This document shows, piece by piece, positions 1 through 7,894 of a DNA stretch of 14,016 bases; the first letter of the stretch is position 1; each line of letters begins with the position of its first letter. A program made the translations under genes and the position numbers. The notes under the pieces are model-generated. The model had not been told where the DNA came from. It did not search any database and was given only the letters and a program-made list of their open reading frames with translations. This DNA comes from Archangium sp. (lineage in GTDB: Bacteria; Myxococcota; Myxococcia; Myxococcales; Myxococcaceae). The stretch is taken from contig JANLPS010000439.1 of NCBI GenBank assembly GCA_031367385.1, positions 1 through 14,016 of the forward strand. Reading direction: 5' to 3'.

Positions 1-3000
1 GAGCAACGTTGGCGCTTCGAGACCGCGCCCGAGGGCGAGGGAGACCTGGTCGTCGAAGTCGACCTCACCGGCGCCACCGCCCGCGAGCGCACCGAGCACG
101 GCATCGTCTTGCAGGCCGGCCAGTCTGGCACCCGCGTCGTCTACAGCCACGCCACCTTCATCGACGCGGCGGGGGTGAAGACCCCGATTGAAGTGACCGT
201 GGCCGAGCGCGACTCGCGCCTGGTGATGACCGTGCCGCAGTCGGTGCTGGCGTCGAGCACATGGCCGGCGGTGCTCGACCCGACGTTGAGCGTCGAGAGC
301 CAGATCGCGCCGACCGCGAATCAAATCGGCGACCCCGTGCGTGGCCAGAACAACCCGGTCGCCAAGGCGATCGGCAACAAGGTGCTCGTCGCGTGGGAAG
401 ACGACCGCTTTCAAGTCGGCAAGCCTGTGGTCTACGCGACGTGGTTCGACAAGCAGAACCCCAACCTTGTCTCGCGCTTCTTGCTCGCGCCCGGGCAGGC
501 CAAGACACCGGTCATCGCCGCGGCTGGCGCGCGCTTTCTCGTAGCCTGGGTGCAGTATGGCTTCAGCGACAACAACATCTTGGGCGCCTGGGTCGATGCC
601 GCCACCGGCGCTGTCGAATCGCGCTTCGTGATCAGCGCGCTCTTGAGCCCTGAAGACGCGCCCGGCGTCGCCTGCGACAACGGGAGCACCGTCACCTGCG
701 TGGTCATCTATCGAACCGACAACAACGGCGCCGGAGGTGTCAACGCGACCCGGTTGACCGAGGGCGCAACGAGCGGCACCACGAGTGAGATCGTCGCCGC
801 GGGCAACAACCTCCAGTTCCCCGTCATCGCGTTTAATGGGGCTCGCTTCTTGGTCGTGTGGCACTCCATCATCTCTGGCAAGGTCGATTTGTCGGCGATC
901 AGCTTTCTGCCCGCTGCGCTCCCCGCGTCGAGCGCCGGCACCCTCGTGTACTCGACCGCTAACCCGTCTGGAGGTCGCCAAGGCGCGCGGCTCATCCCCG
1001 GGCCTTCGGGAGAAGCGCTCCTCGTTCATTTTCAGATCGGCCCCAACTACTGGGCCACCCGCCTCGGCGGTGCAGCAGGCCTGACGCCGCTCGACCCGCC
1101 CTTTCAACCGTGGCTCGGCAGCGACGGCGTCGCTGAGCAGGGCACCGGGTTCTATGACTCGGCGGCCTACAACCTCTATGCCTATTCTGGCACCAGCCAA
1201 GGAGTGCTCCGACGACGCATGCCGAATGGGGCCACTGGTGCGACCTCGGCGCAAGTCACCCTGACCTTCGCGCCCTATGCGGGCTCGGTCGCGCTGCTCG
1301 GCCCCAACCCCGGCTCGTCATCGGTCATCTTCGTGACGGCCGGCCCCGACGGCGACCGGGTGCTCGTACGCCAGACCGACTCGTCCGTGAACCTCCCGAT
1401 TCTGGCCCAGTCGAGCCAGACCTTCGAAGAGCCCACCGTCGGCACCAACCCCGCCACGGGAGAAGCGCTCGTCGCCTACCGAGCCTTCAGCGTCGTGAAC
1501 AGCGACGGCGGCTCGTCACTCGGGTTCACCGTGATGAGCAGCGACGGAGGCATCGGCGGATCCTCGACGGTCTCTGAGCCCCGAATGCTCTCTGCGCCGG
1601 TCGTCGGCACCCGCGCGGGCCAGAGTCTGGTCACCTGGTTGGTGCCCGGCAGCGGGCGATGCGGAGCGCTGCTTCGCGGCAGCATCGTCACGCACGCGAC
1701 TGCGGTGGCAAGCACTCCGGTGAGCTACGCGAACGATGTCTGTGAGCGCCCCGCGGTCTTGACCTTCGCCAGCAATTCGCTGCTGATTTACACGGCCACC
1801 GGGGTCACCAGGGTCGCCAACCTGGGGCTGGCCGGTCAGTTCGACGGAGGGTCGGCCCCTTTCTCAAGTGCGGCCCAGGCTGCAACGGGAGTCGTCGGCC
1901 CCTCGAACAACGGCTTGCTGGCCGTCAGCCACATGGGCTCGCCCGCCACGCTCGACGTGACGCTCGTCAATTCGACCGGTGTCACCCTCGCCACCAACGC
2001 CATCGGGGCCGCCAGCCTGCCGACCGGCGGCAAAGACGAGCTCGCGGTCGACACCGACGGCACTCAGTACGTCGTCGCCTGGGTCGACACCGCGAACCTC
2101 GCCACCACCCGCAACGACGTGTACGGCGTTCGGGTCAACGCCGCTGGCGTACCGATCGACGCGTCTCCAGTCGCGCTCGACGTCACCACCGCCGCCACCA
2201 CCCGAGTCGCCCTGAGTTGGAACGGCTTTCAGCATGTGCTCGCGATGGAAAACGAGGTCGCCGATGCCGGCCGGGTGATCGACCTGAAGTGGTTCAACTC
2301 GTCGCTCCAGCCGATGTACTCGAAGCGCCTCAACGGCACTGACGTCGTCAAAGAGCCCGCGCTCGGCTCGTTCGGTCAAGGCCAGACGCTGCTCGCCTTC
2401 ACCCGCTCGGTCGAGGCCCCTGGCGTCGCCGCCAACCGGGTCTTCACCACCCGCCTGCAGGTAGGCAACGGAGACACCTGCACCACCGCCAGCGACTGCG
2501 TCAGCGGGTTCTGCGTGCAGGGCGTCTGCTGCAACAGCGGCTGCTCGGGCACCTGCCAGACCTGCCTCGCCGCGCAAGGCGCCCCCGCCGACGGCACCTG
2601 CTCACCCAAGCCCACCACGGTCGAGTGCCGGGCGTCGACCGGAGTCTGCGACCCCGCCGAGAAGTGCGATGGCACCAACCCCGGCTGCCCGGGCGACGCC
2701 CTCGCGCCCTCGACCCAAGACTGCCGCGCCGCGGTCGATGGCTGCGACGTGGCCGAGAAGTGCACCGGCTCGAGCAACACCTGCCCGGCTGACCTGATTC
2801 AGAGCGCCAACGCGGTGTGCAACAGCAGCGCGGCGCCCTGCGCGTTGCCCGGCAAGTGCGATGGCCTCTCGACCGTGTGCCCCGCGGTCGGGGTGCGCCC
2901 AGCGAACGCCGTCTGCCGGCCGGCGGCAGGGCCCTGCGACATCGCCGAGTTCTGCGACGGCACCACCCAAGCCTGCCCCGCCGAGACCTTCGTGGCGAAC

Positions 3001-4464
3001 ACCGCGGTCTGCCGCGAGGTGGCCGGCGACTGCGATGTGGCCGAGCGATGCACGGGAGCCAGCGCCGACTGCCCGGTCGACTTGTTCAAGACCAACGAGG
3101 TCTGCCGCGTCGAGGCCGGCGCCTGCGATCTCGCCGAGCGCTGCTCTGGCACCAGCGCGGTGTGCCCCGCCAACAGCGTGCGACCCAATGACTTCGTCTG
3201 CCGCACCAAGGGCGGCGTGTGTGACCTCGAAGAGAAATGCAACGGCGTCGCCAGTGAGTGCCCCGTCGACACGGTCGACTCACAGTCGGTGTGCCGCACC
3301 GCCGCCGGCAGCTGCGATACGGCTGAGCGATGCAACGGCGCTTCGAAGGAGTGCCCCACTGACCTGCTCGCGCTCGACGGTCAGAGCTGCGGCGAGGGCG
3401 GGCAATGCGGCGCCGGGGTGTGCCGAGTGGGCTCGACCAATGGCAAGTCTCGCTATGGGTTCGGCTGCGGCGGCTGCGCGGTCGGCGGCGTCGACGTCTC
3501 GGTGCTGGCGTTCGCGCTGGTGATGCTGGCCCGGCGCCGGGGCCGAAAACTGCCGCTGCGTTCGGGCGGCGCGGTGCTCGCCCTGGTGCTGCTAGGCGCG
3601 GGCGCTTCGCAGGCGGCGGGCAAAGAGAACGAGAAGCTCCACGCGGCGTTCGTCGGCATCAACCAGGGGGCCGGCGTCAGCGCAGAGACCACCAAGAGCG
3701 TGACCGAGTTCGTGCAAACCCAGCTCAACAACGCCGGCATCTACGAGGTGACCGGGCCTGGTGACATCTCGAACCTGTTGGGGCTCGAGCGGCAGAAGCA
3801 GCTGCTGGGCTGCGGCGAGTCGTCATCTTCATGCGCGACCGAGCTTGCCGGCGCGTTGAACGCCGACCGCATCATCAGCGGTGACCTCTCGCGCATCGAC
3901 GACACGTTCCTGCTGAACCTGTCGCTCCAAGACGCGCGCACCGGCAAGGCGTTGGGGCGCTCGGGCCGGCGGGTCGACGGCAAATTGGCGACCCTGCTCG
4001 ACGAGGTGCCTGCGGCCGTGACCGAGGTGCTCGAGCAAGAGACCGACAAGCGCTTCTCGGTGGTCGAGCCGGTTCATTTCGGGGGCTTGAGCGTGGGGCT
4101 GCGGGCCGACGGCGACGTCTTCGCGTTGGGCATCGCGCCCGGCATCTCGGCTGAGTACGCGTGGCGGTATGCGGGCGTGGCGGTGACCTTGATCCCCAAG
4201 GCGACGCCGGGAGGGCGCCTCGAGGGCCGCGTGTACCCGTTCGTGGTCGGGCGCGTACGGCCGTTCGTCGGCATCGGCACCACGGTCTTCTCGACCGGTC
4301 TGGGCTTGCGCGGCGCACTGGGGGTCGCGGTCGCGGTGAGCCATCTGCACATCGGGTTCGACGCGGGGTACGAGTACTACGCCGTCGACTTCGGGCCGCC
4401 ATCAGGCCTGTCGCGACACGCGATTCTGCTCGGCTTGTCGCTAAGCTGGGCCTTCTCGAGCTGA
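1..4464 (+). CDS. Large myxobacterial cell-surface protein, 5'-truncated: N-terminal domain, propeller-like repeats, Cys-rich/disintegrin-like stalk, internal MYXO-CTERM-like signal, second signal peptide, 'ERQKQLLGC' periplasmic domain, C-terminal beta-barrel
   Basis: Frame 1 is open from base 1 (EQRWRFETAPEGEGDLVVEVDLTG...) to TGA 4462-4464, so the TTG at 109 is not the true start. About 10 repeats of type P-x-[VI]-A-x-x-G-x-x-[FY]-L-V-[AV]-W, a Cys-rich block from about 2479, GFGCGGC-hydrophobic-RRR at 3457-3540, and alternating aromatic/Gly strands ending LGLSLSWAFSS. Strong GC3 bias throughout. Confidence 0.9.
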   Translation, partial: EQRWRFETAPEGEGDLVVEVDLTGATARERTEHGIVLQAGQSGTRVVYSHATFIDAAGVKTPIEVTVAERDSRLVMTVPQSVLASSTWPAVLDPTLSVESQIAPTANQIGDPVRGQNNPVAKAIGNKVLVAWEDDRFQVGKPVVYATWFDKQNPNLVSRFLLAPGQAKTPVIAAAGARFLVAWVQYGFSDNNILGAWVDAATGAVESRFVISALLSPEDAPGVACDNGSTVTCVVIYRTDNNGAGGVNATRLTEGATSGTTSEIVAAGNNLQFPVIAFNGARFLVVWHSIISGKVDLSAISFLPAALPASSAGTLVYSTANPSGGRQGARLIPGPSGEALLVHFQIGPNYWATRLGGAAGLTPLDPPFQPWLGSDGVAEQGTGFYDSAAYNLYAYSGTSQGVLRRRMPNGATGATSAQVTLTFAPYAGSVALLGPNPGSSSVIFVTAGPDGDRVLVRQTDSSVNLPILAQSSQTFEEPTVGTNPATGEALVAYRAFSVVNSDGGSSLGFTVMSSDGGIGGSSTVSEPRMLSAPVVGTRAGQSLVTWLVPGSGRCGALLRGSIVTHATAVASTPVSYANDVCERPAVLTFASNSLLIYTATGVTRVANLGLAGQFDGGSAPFSSAAQAATGVVGPSNNGLLAVSHMGSPATLDVTLVNSTGVTLATNAIGAASLPTGGKDELAVDTDGTQYVVAWVDTANLATTRNDVYGVRVNAAGVPIDASPVALDVTTAATTRVALSWNGFQHVLAMENEVADAGRVIDLKWFNSSLQPMYSKRLNGTDVVKEPALGSFGQGQTLLAFTRSVEAPGVAANRVFTTRLQVGNGDTCTTASDCVSGFCVQGVCCNSGCSGTCQTCLAAQGAPADGTCSPKPTTVECRASTGVCDPAEKCDGTNPGCPGDALAPSTQDCRAAVDGCDVAEKCTGSSNTCPADLIQSANAVCNSSAAPCALPGKCDGLSTVCPAVGVRPANAVCRPAAGPCDIAEFCDGTTQACPAETFVANTAVCREVAGDCDVAERCTGASADCPVDLFKTNEVCRVEAGACDLAERCSGTSAVCPANSVRPNDFVCRTKGGVCDLEEKCNGVASECPVDTVDSQSVCRTAAGSCDTAERCNGASKECPTDLLALDGQSCGEGGQCGAGVCRVGSTNGKSRYGFGCGGCAVGGVDVSVLAFALVMLARRRGRKLPLRSGGAVLALVLLGAGASQAAGKENEKLHAAFVGINQGAGVSAETTKSVTEFVQTQLNNAGIYEVTGPGDISNLLGLERQKQLLGCGESSSSCATELAGALNADRIISGDLSRIDDTFLLNLSLQDARTGKALGRSGRRVDGKLATLLDEVPAAVTEVLEQETDKRFSVVEPVHFGGLSVGLRADGDVFALGIAPGISAEYAWRYAGVAVTLIPKATPGGRLEGRVYPFVVGRVRPFVGIGTTVFSTGLGLRGALGVAVAVSHLHIGFDAGYEYYAVDFGPPSGLSRHAILLGLSLSWAFSS
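2626..3363 (+). repeat. Eight tandem disintegrin-like Cys repeats (31-32 aa; C-R-x5-C-D-x-x-E-x-C-x-G-x4-C-P)
   Basis: CRASTGVCDPAEKCDG, CRAAVDGCDVAEKCTG, CNSSAAPCALPGKCDG, CRPAAGPCDIAEFCDG, CREVAGDCDVAERCTG, CRVEAGACDLAERCSG, CRTKGGVCDLEEKCNG, CRTAAGSCDTAERCNG, each followed by x4-CP. Confidence 0.9.
3454..3549 (+). other. Internal MYXO-CTERM-like sorting signal
   Basis: YGFGCGGCAVGGVDVSVLAFALVMLARRRGRK: Gly-Cys motif, hydrophobic helix and Arg cluster, directly after the Cys-rich stalk. Confidence 0.8.
3532..3615 (+). other. Internal Sec/SPase I-type signal peptide
   Basis: RRRGRKLPLR (basic n-region), GGAVLALVLLGAG (h-region), A-S-Q-A|AGKENEK (small residues at -3/-1, then a polar mature N-terminus). 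Confidence 0.7.
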
Positions 4465-4484
4465 GCCGGAGCCGAAGGCCGCCG

Positions 4485-4673
4485 TCGAAGGACCCCCGCC
4501 CCCCCTCGCCGAGCCCAACTCGCCCGCAAACAGACGGTCGCCAGGCCCTTTTTCGCCCGAATTGCCCTCGAAGGGGCCCCCCGATGGCCCCCGGGAGCCC
4601 ACGCCCGGCTCCAAAGGGCCCACCCACCCCCTCTTTTCGCCCGAATTGGGCTCCGGGGAGCCTGCCGACCGTC
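4485..4673 (+). repeat. Degenerate ~84-bp tandem repeat in a C-rich intergenic region
   Basis: TTTTCGCCCGAATTG is perfect at 4550-4564 and 4634-4648 (84 bp apart), and similarity continues for about 25 bp downstream. TCGAAGG at 4485 and 4568, and GAGCCCA..CGCCCG at about 4511 and 4595, recur at the same period. Confidence 0.6.
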
Positions 4674-4803
4674 ATTTTACCGTTGCAAGGCCATGAAATC
4701 AGGCGAACTGAGTCCTTCATGAAGGGGTGCGTGAATACGCACTTCGACCCTCCGTCTGACCGCTCGCCGCACAATTCCGTACGGCTTGCAGTGGGGTACC
4801 CAG

Positions 4804-5565
4804 ATGAAGTCGCCAAAAGCAGTCGCCGCCTTTCCCGATGTCTTGACCATGCACGCGCAGGATCTCTCGAAGGGAGAAGTGGTCACGCTCCACTTCGACC
4901 CCGTCGCAGCGAAGCAAGGCTGCCTCGACGGCCTGACGTTTCTCGAGCCGCTCGTCGGCGAGCTGGCCAAGCACTCGCCCGGCTTCGACCTCGACGAGTT
5001 GCGCTCGCTGCCTGAGTTGTGCGAGCGCGTCGTCGACATTCAGCGCAGGCTCAACAAGCTCAAGTTCGAGCGCGGGGGCAATGCGAAAGACCTGATCGCC
5101 GCTGCGCTCGACTGGCGCCGAAAGCTGATGCCCATCGCCGAGTCGCTCGCGATCAACGGCAAGGTGAAGAGCTCCGAGTTCGAGCGTATCGTCGCCGGCA
5201 GCGGCGCCTTCGATAACGTCACCGACGTGCTCGATCTCGTCGAGCTGCTCACCCCGCACGCCTCGCTGGTCAAGGGTCTGTGTGGCCCGTCGGCGCTCAC
5301 CCTTGCCACCGACTCAGCCCGCGCAGCCCTCAGTCTCGTTCGAATCGAGACCTCCGAGACCCCCGAGAGCCGGAGCACCGCTGATCTGCGCGATCGCTAC
5401 GCCACGTTGATCGAACGCCGCCACGATCGCCTGCGCGTCGCGATCGCCGTGCTCACCTCGTACCGTGAAGCCGAGTCGATCGTCGGCTCGCTCTTCACCA
5501 ACACGAAGTCGAGGGCCAAGGCACCCGTGGCCCCCGCACCGGTCGACCCCGAGCCGGTGAGCTAA
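4804..5565 (+). CDS. Hypothetical alpha-helical cytoplasmic protein (253 aa), resembling an uncharacterised family seen in Myxococcota
   Basis: ATG 4804 preceded by GGGG at 4793-4796, and host-like GC3 bias. Motifs PGFDLDELRSL, LAINGKV..EFERIVAGSG..D...D and DLRDRYATLIERRHDRLR...SLF match my recollection of that family (not database-verified). No signal peptide. Confidence 0.8.
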   Translation: MKSPKAVAAFPDVLTMHAQDLSKGEVVTLHFDPVAAKQGCLDGLTFLEPLVGELAKHSPGFDLDELRSLPELCERVVDIQRRLNKLKFERGGNAKDLIAAALDWRRKLMPIAESLAINGKVKSSEFERIVAGSGAFDNVTDVLDLVELLTPHASLVKGLCGPSALTLATDSARAALSLVRIETSETPESRSTADLRDRYATLIERRHDRLRVAIAVLTSYREAESIVGSLFTNTKSRAKAPVAPAPVDPEPVS

Positions 5566-5584
5566 CGAAGAACGTGGCCGGGGG

Positions 5585-5800
5585 CTACGGCAACAGGCAC
5601 TGCGCGCTCGCGAGGCACCCATAGGGCGTGAAGCAGGCGCCGCTCACGCATTGCTCGTTGTCGTTGCACGCCGCCCCCGCCCCCGAGCGGGGCTGGCACA
5701 CGCTCTTGGTGCCGTCGTACCCGCAGAAGAGGCCGGCCGCGCACACCGGGCCGTTGAAGCCGGAGCTGCAGGTGGCGCCCACGGCAAATTCTCTGGCACA
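5585..5800 (-). pseudogene. Orphan 3' fragment of a Cys-rich (Dickkopf-like repeat) myxobacterial surface-protein gene
   Basis: CAREFAVGATCSSGFNGPVCAAGLFCGYDGTKSVCQPRSGAGAACNDNEQCVSGACFTPYGCLASAQCLLP*. High GC3, no signal peptide, in-frame TGA at 5801-5803, and base composition shifts to AT-richer near 5786-5800. Confidence 0.7.
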
Positions 5801-5883
5801 TCAACGGTATTTCGAGAGCGAGACTTGAATTTGCCGTCGGAGCGATGCCAAAAGGATTTCTTCTCCGCTGGGGTAAGAACAAT

Positions 5884-7275
5884 ATGAAGCTGTTTACGCG
5901 GCCGCTGCGGCTACCACCAATTCCTGAAAAGCCCGGTCACGGTCTTCCAGCGTCGCACTCCGAATTAGGTGGAAACGGACGCCTCGCCCAGCAGGTCGCG
6001 AGCCCCGAGAGTGTTTTCGAGGCCTCGCATGGGGCAGTGGCGCCTGGAGCCCTGACGCCGGAGGCAGGTCATGTCACCGGTACGGCCGACCTGTTCGATA
6101 CCTCTCTTTTGCCGTCGCGCTCAATTGCAGACTTGACCGCGCGCTTGACGCAGGGCGCACAAATCACGGGTGAATACAAATTCGACCCAAACCGCGAGGC
6201 GGCGCTGAAACGTCATTTCGTCTCAACGCGTGCAACTCAAATTGAACAGGCTGTCTTCGTCCCAGGCCTCCCCTCAGCGGGCAAGTACAACGAGCTCGCC
6301 CCCGAACTCGCGAAGACGCTGCGTGCGGAGGCCCGCAAGGTGCTCGAAGTATCGCTGGAGGGTGCTCAGAGAGCGCCAGAGATATTCCGTCGACTCGACA
6401 ATGGTGAGACGCAGACGCTGGTCAGCGCACTCCGGGAGCTTGAATCTCCTGTGTTTACTTCGGAGCAAAGTCCCCTCTTTTTTGACACGGAGGGCAAGTT
6501 CCACTTTCCGGGCGACACGGCTCCTCATTCCCAATTGACCCGCCTTCACCCAGTCGAATGGAAAGGGCTGGCGCCGTACTCCGAGCCGCTGACGGTCGAT
6601 GCGCTGCAAGCGACTGAGGGGCTTCGCGGAGGGCGGCGTATTTTTCTGGCGCCCGATCGAGCCAACGCGATCAACTACGAGCGCCTCGTAGCGAGCGCTC
6701 ATGACATCGCCGCGCTCTTCTCGCCCAACCTTGACTTTGAGGGAACCAGAGCGGAATTGTACCGAGAACACCAGGCTGGAAGCCCGCCCGCGCAATACGC
6801 TGCTGCACTGAGCAAATGGAGCGACGACCTGCGCCAGTCGGGGTTCGCCAACGATCAGCCTCTAACGTGGTCGAAAGACGAGTTGGACTCGCGGTTGGCG
6901 TTTCTTGAGCCACTCGCATCGGGTCGCGTTCGCGAGTGGTACGTGCCCCCTCGCCGCCAGGCCCCGACTCGACTCCGCGAGCTGGGTCAACAAGTTCAGG
7001 ACTCTGTCAGAAGCGCCGACCACCAGGCCGCTTCTGTCTTCGTAGGCCAGATGGTCGCCATTGCGAGAGAGGCCGTCAGCCCTAAAGCGCGACCTGAACT
7101 GGAAGCGACGAGTCACGCTTTAGAGACGACCTGGGAGCTGGCGACGGACCCGAAGTTGAAGGCTTTGGCCCACCGGGCCTACTTGGCAAGCACGAGCGTT
7201 CAGCACGGCCGCCTCAGTGCAGAGCTTCTCGAGGCGGTCGCGGGGTCGGCAACAACAAGTTCTCCGTCGTCTTGA
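5884..7275 (+). CDS. Hypothetical protein (463 aa) with a Pro/Ser/Gly-rich, probably disordered N-terminus
   Basis: Long ORF. ATG 5884 follows GGGTAAGAAC (alternative ATG at 5845). Many A/T-ending codons compared with the flanking genes. No domain recognised. Confidence 0.7.
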   Translation: MKLFTRPLRLPPIPEKPGHGLPASHSELGGNGRLAQQVASPESVFEASHGAVAPGALTPEAGHVTGTADLFDTSLLPSRSIADLTARLTQGAQITGEYKFDPNREAALKRHFVSTRATQIEQAVFVPGLPSAGKYNELAPELAKTLRAEARKVLEVSLEGAQRAPEIFRRLDNGETQTLVSALRELESPVFTSEQSPLFFDTEGKFHFPGDTAPHSQLTRLHPVEWKGLAPYSEPLTVDALQATEGLRGGRRIFLAPDRANAINYERLVASAHDIAALFSPNLDFEGTRAELYREHQAGSPPAQYAAALSKWSDDLRQSGFANDQPLTWSKDELDSRLAFLEPLASGRVREWYVPPRRQAPTRLRELGQQVQDSVRSADHQAASVFVGQMVAIAREAVSPKARPELEATSHALETTWELATDPKLKALAHRAYLASTSVQHGRLSAELLEAVAGSATTSSPSS

Positions 7276-7314
7276 GGGCCGCGTTGTTGAATCGATACTC
7301 GCCGACGAGGAGCC

Positions 7315-7830
7315 TCAAAACCGCCAGCCCGCCGCCAGCCCCACGTCGGGGATGTACCAATTTCCGCCGAACGCGCCTCCACCGAACTGAAACTTGGACT
7401 GCCCCTCATACGGGCCTGAGCTCGTGCCGACGTCAACCCAGGCCGCTGCGGGGCCGGCGCTGACCTCAAAGAAAAAGTGATCTGCTTGAAAGCGGTACCC
7501 CACCGTGACCGCCACCGCGAAGAGCGCCGGTTGAAGCGTCGGATAGATGAGGACGTAGGTCGCCGCATGGGGGCCCAGGAACAGGCTGTGCCGGACCAAG
7601 CCCAGCGGGTACCAACGCAAGCCCACCGCGATCCCGACCGTCGGCGCGAAGAGCAAGGTGCCAATGCTCGCCGAGGCAGAGAATGACTTGTACGCGACCT
7701 CGCCGCGCACCCCGACCCCTGCCCAGTCGTGGCCGACGCCCAATGAGAGCCCGCTGCGCCAGGGTGATTCAGAAGTCGGCTCGGTTTGAGCCGGGAGCGA
7801 GAGGGCTGCGATGAGGAGGAGGCCGTTCAT
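7315..7830 (-). CDS. Small outer-membrane beta-barrel protein (171 aa, about 8 strands)
   Basis: Short signal peptide MNGLLLIAALSLPA. Amphipathic strands GLSLGVG, GVRGEVAY, VGLRWYP, LFLGP, VTVGYRF, FFFEVSAG. C-terminal BAM-type signal GLAAGWRF. Confidence 0.85.
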   Translation of the reverse strand: MNGLLLIAALSLPAQTEPTSESPWRSGLSLGVGHDWAGVGVRGEVAYKSFSASASIGTLLFAPTVGIAVGLRWYPLGLVRHSLFLGPHAATYVLIYPTLQPALFAVAVTVGYRFQADHFFFEVSAGPAAAWVDVGTSSGPYEGQSKFQFGGGAFGGNWYIPDVGLAAGWRF

Positions 7831-7843
7831 GTGCCGGCCCTTC

Positions 7844-7859
7844 AGCAAAGCCGGTGCCA
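7844..7859 (-). promoter_or_regulatory. Sigma54 (-24/-12) promoter of the beta-barrel gene
   Basis: Minus strand reads TGGCAC-CGGCT-TTGCT, matching the TGGCAC-N5-TTGCW consensus with exact spacing, and ends 13 nt before ATG 7830. Confidence 0.8.
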
Positions 7860-7894
7860 TTTGACCGGGTGCATGGCCGTCGAGGGGGAGTCTT

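Noticed and set aside
4485..4673. CRISPR-like array
   Set aside because: Only two 15-bp exact copies, the intervening sequences resemble each other, and no cas genes are present.
3875..5015. Long alternative ORFs 3875-4816 (-) and 4161-5015 (+) crossing the repeat region
   Set aside because: Arg/Pro/Gly-rich shadow frames typical of high-GC DNA that overlap better-supported genes.
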